Assembly (NCBI GenBank): GCA_018817505.1
Contig: JAHITR010000028.1
Span: 13,736-77,735 of the forward strand
Reading direction: 5' to 3'
DNA: 64,000 nucleotides
From: Candidatus Bipolaricaulota bacterium
GTDB taxonomy: Bacteria; Bipolaricaulota; Bipolaricaulia; UBA7950; UBA9294
This document shows, in pieces, positions 37,438 through 45,999 of this stretch. The first letter of the stretch is position 1. Each line of letters begins with the position of its first letter. The notes below the pieces were generated by a model. That model searched no databases. It saw only the letters and a program-made list of their open reading frames with translations, and had not been told where the DNA came from. The translations under genes and the position numbers were made by a program.

Positions 37438-38643
37438 TTGTTTCGGGTTTTTGCCAGCTTGTTCTTCGCGACGGCCACTGCGCAGCTTGGTTTGGGAATC
37501 ATCTCCCCCATTCTTCCGTTGTATGCCAAGACGTTTGCTGCCAGTGCAACTCAGATCGGCCTCGTGTTCACGGCGTTCTCCATTTCGCGCGCCTTGCTCG
37601 GGCCATTTGTCGGGCGTCTATCCGATCGCATCGGTCGCCGCCCGCTCATTCTTGGCGGGCTTCTCATCTACGCCGTCGTATCCGTCCTTTACGCGTCAGC
37701 AACGAGCCTCTTGACGCTCGGCGCGTTCAGATTGCTGCAAGGTGTTGCGTCGGTGATGGTGACTCCCATCGCGCAGGCCTACGTGGGCGATCTCACACCC
37801 AAAGGTCGCGAGGGGCGCTATCTGAATGCCTTCTATTCGTCGCAATTCATTGGCATGGCATTCGGCCCATTGCTGGGTGGCATCATTGGCGGCATGTGGT
37901 CCTATGCCGCCGCCTTCTACGTCATGGGCGGGTTGAGCGTGCTGTCTCTCGTTCTCGTCTATCTGACCGTGCCCGTCGATCAAACAGCGCGAGAAAGGCG
38001 ACAAGTCAAGCCCAAGTCCATCACGCCGCTCCGAGAAGTTGTCGGCAATGACGCGGTCAAGGCGATGCTCGCCTACTTCATCACACGAGGGTTCTGGCGC
38101 CAGTCGTTCAACGCGTTTTATCCGCTGTATGCTGTCGTTGCATTCTCATCGGGTGAGGCCAACGTCGGTCTTGTTCTTTCCTCATACATGTTCGCTGAAG
38201 GCCTGCTGCAGATCCCGTTCGGGTTCCTTGCCGATCGATACCCTCGTATTCGTCAGATTGTGATTGGAAGCGTTTTCGCCCCCCTCATCTTACTGGCAGT
38301 CCCGTTCGTCAACTCGCCGTGGGCAGTGGCCGTGCTCACGTTCGTGATGGGGGCGTTCTCTGCCTTGGGCCGCTCCTCGCTTGTGGCCATCCGGACGGAG
38401 CTGGGGCGAACGCATGGCATGGCAACGCTTGCGGGAATTCAAGGTAGTGCTTTCGCTGTCGGCCAAGCTCTCGGACCGCTGCTCACCGGCCTGATTGTGG
38501 ACGCGGTAGGACTGCTTGCCGTGTTCCCCTTTGGAAGTGCTGTCGGTTGTGTCGGAACGGTGTTGGTTCTTTCCTGGCTGACCCGATGGAAACGAACCAA
38601 TCCCGATGCAGCTGCCATGTCACGCGCGCGGACATCTCGCTAG
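37438..38643 (+). CDS. MFS transporter
   Basis: About 12 TM segments with the MFS loop motif GRLSDRIGRRPL between TM2 and TM3. Start is assigned to the TTG at 37438 after an AAGGGGG RBS; the tool ORF starts at 37294. Confidence 0.75.
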   Translation: MFRVFASLFFATATAQLGLGIISPILPLYAKTFAASATQIGLVFTAFSISRALLGPFVGRLSDRIGRRPLILGGLLIYAVVSVLYASATSLLTLGAFRLLQGVASVMVTPIAQAYVGDLTPKGREGRYLNAFYSSQFIGMAFGPLLGGIIGGMWSYAAAFYVMGGLSVLSLVLVYLTVPVDQTARERRQVKPKSITPLREVVGNDAVKAMLAYFITRGFWRQSFNAFYPLYAVVAFSSGEANVGLVLSSYMFAEGLLQIPFGFLADRYPRIRQIVIGSVFAPLILLAVPFVNSPWAVAVLTFVMGAFSALGRSSLVAIRTELGRTHGMATLAGIQGSAFAVGQALGPLLTGLIVDAVGLLAVFPFGSAVGCVGTVLVLSWLTRWKRTNPDAAAMSRARTSR

Positions 38644-38889
38644 GATCAATTCAACCGTAGCTTCAATGCCATGTCCGACAACGTTGTTTTTCGTCAAGCG
38701 AATTCGTCTGACACGGGAAACAGTCAACACAAGACGAGCGCTACTGCATGGCCCAAATCATCGATGCCAGAGGCATTTGGAATTCATTGGGGCGCGCACC
38801 AACGAATGCTGCGGTCCGTTTGCGAGCACCCGCAAAGGTGAGCGGATTATCCCATCTCGTAGTGAGTCTCTTCCCCTCCAAGGCTCACG

Positions 38890-39174
38890 TTACCTGGTCA
38901 TCAACAGATCCATGTCCTGGAGGAATGCGGCAATGCCCTGTGCGATTTCCGCTTCATTCACCGTGTAGTATCGAGTCTGTGCCGTCTGTTTGAATACCAC
39001 GAGACCCTGCATTCGTAGAAGCTGCAAGTGCTGAGACACTGTGGAAACGTTGACTCCAATTCGCAGGGAGAGGTCATCCACAGTGAGGCTGCTATCTTCA
39101 TGGAGCAGCTTGAGAATCTCCACCCGTGTGCGTGCCGAAAGCATTTTGAAGAATGAAGAATGTGTTCTGGGCAT
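38890..39174 (-). CDS. ArsR/SmtB-family transcriptional regulator
   Basis: 94 aa wHTH: LSARTRVEILKLL...LTVDDLSLRIGVNVSTVSQHLQLLRMQGLV. Confidence 0.8.
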   Translation of the reverse strand: MPRTHSSFFKMLSARTRVEILKLLHEDSSLTVDDLSLRIGVNVSTVSQHLQLLRMQGLVVFKQTAQTRYYTVNEAEIAQGIAAFLQDMDLLMTR

Positions 39175-39200
39175 CTGCTTCCTCCTTCACAGACGATCGC

Positions 39201-39229
39201 TTGACAAGCTGCTGAGCAACAGTATAATG
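39201..39229 (+). promoter_or_regulatory. consensus sigma70 promoter TTGACA-17-TATAAT
   Basis: ttgacaagctgctgagcaacagtataat is a perfect match to both hexamers with a 17-bp spacer, between the divergent ArsR and zinc-ribbon genes. Confidence 0.55.
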
Positions 39230-39249
39230 TCTTTTGCCTAGTTAGTCAA

Positions 39250-39273
39250 TTGCGCAACTGGCGTGTTGCGCAA
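39250..39273 (+). promoter_or_regulatory. tandem palindromes TTGCGCAA-n8-TTGCGCAA in the 5'UTR (candidate operator, possibly for the adjacent ArsR)
   Basis: ttgcgcaactggcgtgttgcgcaa lies between the predicted TSS (about 39236) and the AGGAGG RBS at 39274. Each 8-mer is self-complementary. Confidence 0.35.
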
Positions 39274-39283
39274 GGAGGAAATC

Positions 39284-39520
39284 ATGAGCACGAAGCTGCT
39301 CAAATTCAAGCACAGGTTGACGTGCCCAGCATGTCATATACGAGTCCGATTTCAGGCGGCAACCGATGGCCTTGGGACGTGTCCCAGTTGTGGGGAGTGG
39401 CTGGCCCAGCACGGATTGTTCCCCAGAATCACCGTGCGCTTGAACGAAGAGCCAGGAAGAGATTTCGACGATACAGACGCGTGGGAGAAGGCGTTGACCA
39501 GAGAGATCAACTCGCGATGA
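39284..39520 (+). CDS. small zinc-ribbon protein (CPAC-x17-CPSC) with an acidic C-terminus
   Basis: AGGAGG RBS 5 nt before the ATG. 78 aa: MSTKLLKFKHRLTCPACHIRVRFQAATDGLGTCPSCGEW. Confidence 0.55.
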   Translation: MSTKLLKFKHRLTCPACHIRVRFQAATDGLGTCPSCGEWLAQHGLFPRITVRLNEEPGRDFDDTDAWEKALTREINSR

Positions 39521-39643
39521 CCCATCCGTCGTCAATGGATTCGCAAATGAGAGCAGTTGCCGTCTGTTCCGCCACAGAGCTTGCCAGATAGCCCGTCGAA
39601 GTGCCCGCGTGAGCGCTTCGGGAGCGCTCAGAGGAGATCGAAA

Positions 39644-41479
39644 ATGAGAAGATTGACCTATCTTGTTGCGCTCATTGCGTTGAGCTACCTGGCGAGCGGG
39701 CAACCAGCTCCACTGGGCATCTACGTAGAACCTCCCGCATCAGAAGGGCTCACCGTTCGAGTTTGGATGGACAAGCCAGTGTACGCCGTCGGGGAATCAG
39801 TGCAGGCATCGTTCCAGATCAATCGCAGTGCCTACGTCTACATTTGGGATATCGAGCCAACGGGGACTGTGAGGCAGATCTTCCCCAACCAATACGACAC
39901 CAGCAACTACTTCCAAGCAGGCGTCTACAGAATTCCTAGTGCTGGAAAACTCTATCGATTGGCTGTGACCCCGCCCACAGGAACCGAGTGGCTCCAGATC
40001 ATGGCGGTCACGTCTCCTGCAGTTGGAGTATTCGGGACGACAACCGCTCTGAGTCCATTCCCGGTTCTTGGACAGAATCCAGCGGTGTGGAGCGCTCAAC
40101 TGCAGGTTCAGATCAAGGGTATCGTGCCTTCTCAAGCAGATCGTGCTTTCGACTTCACGAAGTTCGATATTATCTCTGGCACTGCTCCAGCATATGGCAC
40201 GCTGCAGATCAACTCAACCCCTGCATCTGCGGAACTGTATGTCGATTCAGTGTTCCGCAGCTGGACGCCTCGCAGCATCGTGCTTACAGCCGGGACGCAT
40301 GACATCATGGTTCGAAAGGCCGGATACCAAGATCACACAACTCGCGTCTATGTTCGATCCGCTTCGACGCAAACGCTTACCGTGACCTTGGCGTCAATTT
40401 CAACGAACCTGCCTCCAATCGCGCAGTTCTCGGTCTCACCATCAGCGCCTCGCGTTGGCGAAGCCATCCAACTCGATGGTTCGACATCAACTGACGCAGA
40501 CGGGACGATCTCGTCTTATCAATGGGACTTCAACGGAGATGGCATCACCGATCAAACGGGAAGAACGGCAACGTGGCAGTACATGGTCTCAGGCGCCGCC
40601 ACCGTGCGACTGACTGTAACAGACAACCGAGGTGCAACCGGTCAAGCACTACAAACTCTCAATGTTCGTGCTGCCAATCAAGCTCCTGTGGCCCTCTTCT
40701 ACACGACGCCAGCCACTCCAACAATTTGGAGTCCCGTTATTCTGGACGCCAGTTCGTCATACGATCCTGATGGTGCAATTGCCACCTACCAATGGGATTC
40801 CGATGGAGACGGTCTCATCGATCAGACGGGGCGGACCATCACCAGGACGTACTACTCACCAGCGAGCTACTGGGTCACGCTGTACGTAACCGACCTGTTG
40901 GGTGCAACCGGAATTCGAACGCTGCCTTTGGTCGTCGGCCCGTCTTCAGTTCCAGGAATGCCGGCCATGGGGAACGTTCCTGGATTCTATGTCTGGGGAA
41001 TGGATGCATGGCGAATCACGGTCAACGGGTCACCCCTGTGGACTACACCACGCCCCTATCGCATCGAGTTGCGCACCGACGGCGTCTTCCTCAGTGCATC
41101 TTCTGGATCTGGCGTGTCACCCACGGGCCTTGTCCCAACACAAAACTCTGAGGGCTGGAAGTTGATTCTTGAGGGAAGTGTCGGCATATCAGCACAAACC
41201 TACGTATTCCAGGCAGTTGGCGCATCGTCAATCTATATGGACCTCGCGCTGGATATGGATGGCGATGGATACGTAAACCGCTCGACTGGGTTCGTTCGGC
41301 TTGGCCAGTCCATGGTCACTGCGCCGCGCAATCCTATCGTGATCGGCAAGCCAGACTGGTACTCTGGCGCCCTCACTCCGAATTTGAACTACAAGTTGGG
41401 CACGCCCGCGCTGTATTCAGAGAGCTCGCGCGTCATCTTCTACTTCACGACGATTGGAGCTCTCGGAGGAACCCCATAA
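39644..41479 (+). CDS. large secreted protein: DUF4384-like N-terminal domain, PEGA domain and two PKD domains
   Basis: Signal peptide MRRLTYLVALIALSYLASG. PEGA-like LQINSTPASAELYVDSV...IMVRKAGYQDHTTRVYV. Two PKD repeats: QLDGSTSTDADGTISSYQWDFNGDGITDQTGRTATW and LDASSSYDPDGAIATYQWDSDGDGLIDQTGRTITRTY. Confidence 0.7.
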   Translation: MRRLTYLVALIALSYLASGQPAPLGIYVEPPASEGLTVRVWMDKPVYAVGESVQASFQINRSAYVYIWDIEPTGTVRQIFPNQYDTSNYFQAGVYRIPSAGKLYRLAVTPPTGTEWLQIMAVTSPAVGVFGTTTALSPFPVLGQNPAVWSAQLQVQIKGIVPSQADRAFDFTKFDIISGTAPAYGTLQINSTPASAELYVDSVFRSWTPRSIVLTAGTHDIMVRKAGYQDHTTRVYVRSASTQTLTVTLASISTNLPPIAQFSVSPSAPRVGEAIQLDGSTSTDADGTISSYQWDFNGDGITDQTGRTATWQYMVSGAATVRLTVTDNRGATGQALQTLNVRAANQAPVALFYTTPATPTIWSPVILDASSSYDPDGAIATYQWDSDGDGLIDQTGRTITRTYYSPASYWVTLYVTDLLGATGIRTLPLVVGPSSVPGMPAMGNVPGFYVWGMDAWRITVNGSPLWTTPRPYRIELRTDGVFLSASSGSGVSPTGLVPTQNSEGWKLILEGSVGISAQTYVFQAVGASSIYMDLALDMDGDGYVNRSTGFVRLGQSMVTAPRNPIVIGKPDWYSGALTPNLNYKLGTPALYSESSRVIFYFTTIGALGGTP

Positions 41480-41561
41480 TGCCCGACTATAATGGTTCAA
41501 AGTCGCATGTGATTGTCCGTGCCGGGGGCTATAACTCTCGGCACCCGAATGGAGGTGTGTC

Positions 41562-42668
41562 ATGAGAAGAAATCAAGTGTGGACAATGGTCGCTTTGGCT
41601 GTGGCGCTGATGTCACTCACAGCGCAGGGAATGCCCCTCTGTAGCTACCAAGCACCCGAGACGTTGCTATTGGATGCAACAACCTCGTTTTCCTATCAGT
41701 ACTTTGACGATGCAAATACGCCGGGCACCGATGTGAATACTGGCAGAGTTGATTTCAGCTTCAGTCGTCTTCGTGACGCAGAAACCTATGGCTCCACACT
41801 GCGATTGAATGGCTTGATGGGTTTGTCAGACTTCCTGCCCACTCAATGGATGAGCGAGGGAACTGCGTCGTACCGCTACTACGTTTCATCGAGTCTCCCG
41901 CTGTTTGGATTCGGCGGCATCCACGGACTTTTCAACACCAGCCAAACGCAGCTTGGCCTGGAAATACAGTCAGGTTTTGGATTCGGTAGATTCGGCGATG
42001 TAACCCCACTTGCCAAGGCCATGCTCGTGGACATCAATCTTCAGAAGAACAAGGTAACCTACGTCCCATTACCAGACAGCGTGTTGACAACAATGGCCCA
42101 AACGATTGGCTCCTTGTCTGCTGAGAACTCCATCGAGACCGTGGTCGCCTTGCTTGAGTCCATCATCGAGACAACAACCGGTTTGCAGCTGGATGCTCGC
42201 ACGTTGCTGATGATTGAAGATGTCGTTGCCAACTCTGATACACAGCGGTATTGCGGGTTCACAGCCCGAGCGGGACTAGGATACGAACTCCTTGATCCTT
42301 ATGGCGGACCACAGAGTTTCTTGCTCGCCTTGTCAGCCGATGCGGCCTATGCCCCTGATCCGAACGGACAGATGCAATGGCACTTGAGCTTTTCCGGTCC
42401 ATTCGATGTCGCAAGTGAGAACACGCTGACCGGATCTTTCTCCTACGAGGTTATGGTCTCAGACGCGAATTCTCTAGAAGCCAACTACTCCTTCCAGCGT
42501 ATCCAGCCTGCAGGCGGTGTGGCGGTCACTTCACATGTCGTCACATGCAATTGGGTGATCAAGGTCGCAGCGGTTGACACGCTTGTCGGATTCTCCATCG
42601 CCCGCACGAGCGAAGATGCTGGATGGTCCATCACGTTTTCGCTATCTACGGCCATGGATCTGATCTAG
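41562..42668 (+). CDS. secreted protein, paralog 1 of an uncharacterised family (possible beta-barrel)
   Basis: Signal peptide MRRNQVWTMVALAVALMSLTAQG. Conserved blocks shared with 44805-45941: LCSYQAPE/VCSYEPPE, GRFGDVTPLAKA/GRFRDVTPLAQA, DARTLLMIEDVVANSDTQRYCG/DVRGLLAIEEILKSSDVTRLCG. Amphipathic beta-like C-terminus. Confidence 0.6.
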   Translation: MRRNQVWTMVALAVALMSLTAQGMPLCSYQAPETLLLDATTSFSYQYFDDANTPGTDVNTGRVDFSFSRLRDAETYGSTLRLNGLMGLSDFLPTQWMSEGTASYRYYVSSSLPLFGFGGIHGLFNTSQTQLGLEIQSGFGFGRFGDVTPLAKAMLVDINLQKNKVTYVPLPDSVLTTMAQTIGSLSAENSIETVVALLESIIETTTGLQLDARTLLMIEDVVANSDTQRYCGFTARAGLGYELLDPYGGPQSFLLALSADAAYAPDPNGQMQWHLSFSGPFDVASENTLTGSFSYEVMVSDANSLEANYSFQRIQPAGGVAVTSHVVTCNWVIKVAAVDTLVGFSIARTSEDAGWSITFSLSTAMDLI

Positions 42669-42774
42669 TCCGGGGAGGTTCTCAGCAGGCGAATGCCTAC
42701 GAGCATACTCGGCGCGAGTTGGCACTTCAGCCGTCTCGGGTGCATCGCACACTAGGTGCATCCTAGATGACAAC

Positions 42775-42809
42775 GGTGGGGCGATGAAGGAACCCTTCAA
42801 CGCCCCACC
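42775..42809. terminator. hairpin between convergent genes (9-bp GC-rich stem, 17-nt loop)
   Basis: ggtggggcg ... cgccccacc. There is no T-tract after it, so terminator function is uncertain. Confidence 0.25.
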
Positions 42810-42856
42810 GAATGCCATTCAACCTTGAGGCCTGATTCACCTCTCAAGTCAGCCGG

Positions 42857-44071
42857 CTACGCGGTATAGGCTTGCCGTCGCATGCTGATAACACTCAACA
42901 ACAGTGTGACGACAGCGATGGCGCCGAGGACGGACAACTCGAAGGTCAATGCGCCCAAGCCCTGACCTGTAAGCATGATCTTTCTCAAGGCAGAATTGGC
43001 GTACGTCAAGGGAATCGCGTAGGAGATCGCACGCATGGTCGCTGGCATGGTTTCCAGCGGCCAGAAGACGCCACTGAGCATGATCGATGGTATCAGCAAG
43101 AACAGCACGAATTGCATCGCTTGAGCTTCGTTCTTGGCGACCGTAGACATCAGTGTCGCGATGCCCTGCAGGCCTACAGCAAACAAGACGATCACGAGAA
43201 TCACGGCTCCTGGATCGCCGACAAATCGAATGTCAAACAGCCACAGCGAAACGAGAAACAGTTCAGCGGCTTGGAACAGCGCAATGAGGCTGAATGCCAA
43301 CGTATAGCCCATCGTCACTTCCCACGCACTGATTGGGGCAATGAGAATACGCGTCAGCGTTCCGCCCGTTCGTTCACGAACGACGGCCATCGCTGTCAGC
43401 ATGACGGTAATCAACGTCATGGCGAATCCAATGATGCCTGGCGCTGTGAAGTCGAGCATACGAATCTTGCCTTCATAGAGTCGCTGCACATTGAGCAGTG
43501 ATTCTACAGTCACTGACGATTGTTGCGTCTCCAACACGGCCGTAAATGCATCGTTGAATGCAGCGATCACCGCGCTGGCAACAAGTGGATTGGAATCATC
43601 AATGACCAGTCGCGTGGGGGGGCCGGCATCAATCTCGCTAGGGAGCAGAGTTACACTACTGCCTTCAAACTGGACCTTGCGCTCTCCACTAGAACGTATG
43701 GCTTGGCTAACCACAGCGTTGGAAAAGGATTTGGGAAAGGCAAGAGCTGCCCATGCCTCAGTGCCGACCATGGAGAACGCTTCGTCCGCATCATCGAGGA
43801 TAACGATGTCAAAGACATCTGGATCGAGCGCGCTGACGAACGCTGCTGCCAAATCGACAGTCAGGGTGATGCGCCCCACTTCCTGGGTGCGGACTGAGGC
43901 AAGCCCGTTGTCTGCATTGACAATGACAATGGTTAAGTCAGAGTAGGAACCCGAGAATGAGTTGCCATAAATGAGCACAAAGAACAGCGGAAGGATGATG
44001 ATCAGCGCCAATGTGCGCCCATCTCTAAGAATGCGGCGCAGGACGTTTCGTGCGACAGCTAGACTGGTCAT
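42857..44071 (-). CDS. ABC-2 family transporter permease with a large extracytoplasmic loop
   Basis: N-terminal TM (LALIIILPLFFVLIY), a loop of about 200 aa, then five C-terminal TMs. 4-nt ATGA overlap with the ATPase gene. Confidence 0.8.
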   Translation of the reverse strand: MTSLAVARNVLRRILRDGRTLALIIILPLFFVLIYGNSFSGSYSDLTIVIVNADNGLASVRTQEVGRITLTVDLAAAFVSALDPDVFDIVILDDADEAFSMVGTEAWAALAFPKSFSNAVVSQAIRSSGERKVQFEGSSVTLLPSEIDAGPPTRLVIDDSNPLVASAVIAAFNDAFTAVLETQQSSVTVESLLNVQRLYEGKIRMLDFTAPGIIGFAMTLITVMLTAMAVVRERTGGTLTRILIAPISAWEVTMGYTLAFSLIALFQAAELFLVSLWLFDIRFVGDPGAVILVIVLFAVGLQGIATLMSTVAKNEAQAMQFVLFLLIPSIMLSGVFWPLETMPATMRAISYAIPLTYANSALRKIMLTGQGLGALTFELSVLGAIAVVTLLLSVISMRRQAYTA

Positions 44072-44805
44072 GAGGGCACCTCGCCACGTTCTTGGAGCAC
44101 GATGAAGGCATCGTCCAGATTATCTGTCCCCGTTTGTGCAAGGATCTCCTCTGGCTTGCCTTGTGTGAGCAGCTTCCCTGCCATCAGGAAACCGACAAGA
44201 TGGCAGCGCTGTGCTTCTTCGACGAGGTGTGTGGTCACCACGAGAGTCACATCTTGGTCAGCAAGGGCATTGAAGTAATCCCAGAACGAACGACGGAGTT
44301 TCGGGTCCACTCCCGCTGTCGGCTCATCCAAGAATGCCAATCGCGGTTTGTGAAGCAGGCTAATGGCCAGCGAAACGCGTCTGCGCATGCCGCCTGAGAA
44401 CGTGCCCACACGATCCCGTTTGCGGTCTGTCAGTTGAACGAGATCGAGAAGCTCATCGGCCCGCTCACGAACTTGCGCACGTCGCAAGCTGTATAGCTGC
44501 CCGAAGAATTCCAGATTTTGCATGACGCTCAAGTCGTTATAAACAGCGAAATCCTGTGGCATGTAGCCGAGCTGTGATCGAACGCGCGTACTTGGCATCT
44601 TCCATCCAAGCAAGGTGGCTTCCCCCTCATCCGGCCGAAGCAGACCACAGAGTGTGCGGATGAGCGTGGTCTTCCCTGCACCATTGGGGCCCGCTAATCC
44701 ATACAACTGACCTTGGGCAACAGACAGACTTAGTCCATCAAGAGCCGCTCTCTTGCCATACACTTTGCGCAATCCCTGCGCGCGGATGACGTGTTCGGCG
44801 GTCAT
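44068..44805 (-). CDS. ABC transporter ATP-binding protein
   Basis: Walker A GLAGPNGAGKTT, signature LSGGMRRRVSLA, Walker B LAFLDEPTAGVD. Confidence 0.9.
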   Translation of the reverse strand: MTAEHVIRAQGLRKVYGKRAALDGLSLSVAQGQLYGLAGPNGAGKTTLIRTLCGLLRPDEGEATLLGWKMPSTRVRSQLGYMPQDFAVYNDLSVMQNLEFFGQLYSLRRAQVRERADELLDLVQLTDRKRDRVGTFSGGMRRRVSLAISLLHKPRLAFLDEPTAGVDPKLRRSFWDYFNALADQDVTLVVTTHLVEEAQRCHLVGFLMAGKLLTQGKPEEILAQTGTDNLDDAFIVLQERGEVPS

Positions 44806-45941
44806 TAGAAAAGGTCCGTTTCCATGTACACGGCCAGCGAACTCGTCATTTCTTCATCGCCGGTCCTGTATTGCAGGCTGCCCACTAGACTGAGCCCAAC
44901 GGAGCCGAATATCTTTGTCGTCAGGCTGCCAGAGGCTGCATGTGCAGTTGCCGTGACATTGGAAGTTGTCCACAACCGATCGACAGTCACACGATACTCC
45001 GCGCGAGCGGTCCATCCATCTGGCAAGCGGCGCGTATACGAAGCGCCCGCCTTGATGTTCATCTGCTCAGGATGAGCAAGCCGAATCTTAGCCTCAGCGC
45101 TGGAATTAAACTGCGAAACAGGATCTGGAACCGCAGCATAGCGAATGAGGACGATGCCTGTTGAAGCAACGCTGAACTCGGGATAAACCATGGCAGAAAC
45201 ACCAAGACGTGCCTGCAAATCACGTCCGCACAGGCGCGTCACGTCGCTTGATTTGAGGATCTCCTCAATCGCAAGCAACCCGCGAACGTCGAGATCCTGA
45301 CCAGATACCAATTCAGTCGAAACCAGTTTGGCAACCAATGTGACGACCTTCTCATCGTCTGCCAAATCAATGCTTCCTAAAATCTGAGCCAGGTCCAACA
45401 GGGTCTCGTTGCTGACAGGAGCCAGCAATTCGCCAAGGTCAAGCAATTCATTTTGAATCGATATCGCCTGTGCCAGTGGGGTAACATCACGGAATCTCCC
45501 CGTACCTAGGCCTCCAGTCAGATCAAGTTCAAGGCCTTCTTGCGTGGATGCAGAGAATCCGACTACGCCAACGCCAAAGATATCTGCGTAGGCTGGGGTA
45601 TCGGCAGCAAAGAAGCTGCTCAAGCTGCCTGACCCGAACACGCTGGCCGCCCATCCACTGCCATCGGCGCGAATCTCGGTTCGTGCATCCAATGCCTGCC
45701 CAAAGGCTGCAGAAGAGTAGATGCCGGTGTAGTCGCCGACGAGGCTTGCAGACATCGTTCGATTGCGATCGTCCGCAAAGGGGCCGTCATACCAGTTGAA
45801 TGAGCCCAAGAGGCCAAAATCGGAAATGCGGCTCTCTGGCGGTTCGTACGAGCAGACGGATAAGGCAGCTCCACAGGCAGCGAGACCCGCCATGAATCCA
45901 AGGAATGCCGTGGTCACCACGACAAGCATCGTGCGTTTCAT
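44805..45941 (-). CDS. lipoprotein, paralog 2 of the same uncharacterised secreted family
   Basis: GGAGGA RBS, then ATG at 45939-45941 (MKRTMLVVVTTAFLGFMAGLAAC; lipobox LAAC). C-terminal ...AVYMETDLF ends in Phe, as in outer-membrane beta-barrels. 1-nt overlap (TAATG) with the ATPase start. Confidence 0.65.
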   Translation of the reverse strand: MKRTMLVVVTTAFLGFMAGLAACGAALSVCSYEPPESRISDFGLLGSFNWYDGPFADDRNRTMSASLVGDYTGIYSSAAFGQALDARTEIRADGSGWAASVFGSGSLSSFFAADTPAYADIFGVGVVGFSASTQEGLELDLTGGLGTGRFRDVTPLAQAISIQNELLDLGELLAPVSNETLLDLAQILGSIDLADDEKVVTLVAKLVSTELVSGQDLDVRGLLAIEEILKSSDVTRLCGRDLQARLGVSAMVYPEFSVASTGIVLIRYAAVPDPVSQFNSSAEAKIRLAHPEQMNIKAGASYTRRLPDGWTARAEYRVTVDRLWTTSNVTATAHAASGSLTTKIFGSVGLSLVGSLQYRTGDEEMTSSLAVYMETDLF

Positions 45942-45999
45942 GATCCTCCGATACTGCGTAGGCATCTGAGATAACACTACAGTGATTCGATGGAGGCGG

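Noticed and set aside
38644-38889. 245-nt non-coding gap between the MFS and ArsR genes, checked for a tRNA or small RNA
   Set aside because: No cloverleaf-compatible stems or conserved ncRNA motifs are recognisable. It is probably just 3'UTRs of convergent genes.
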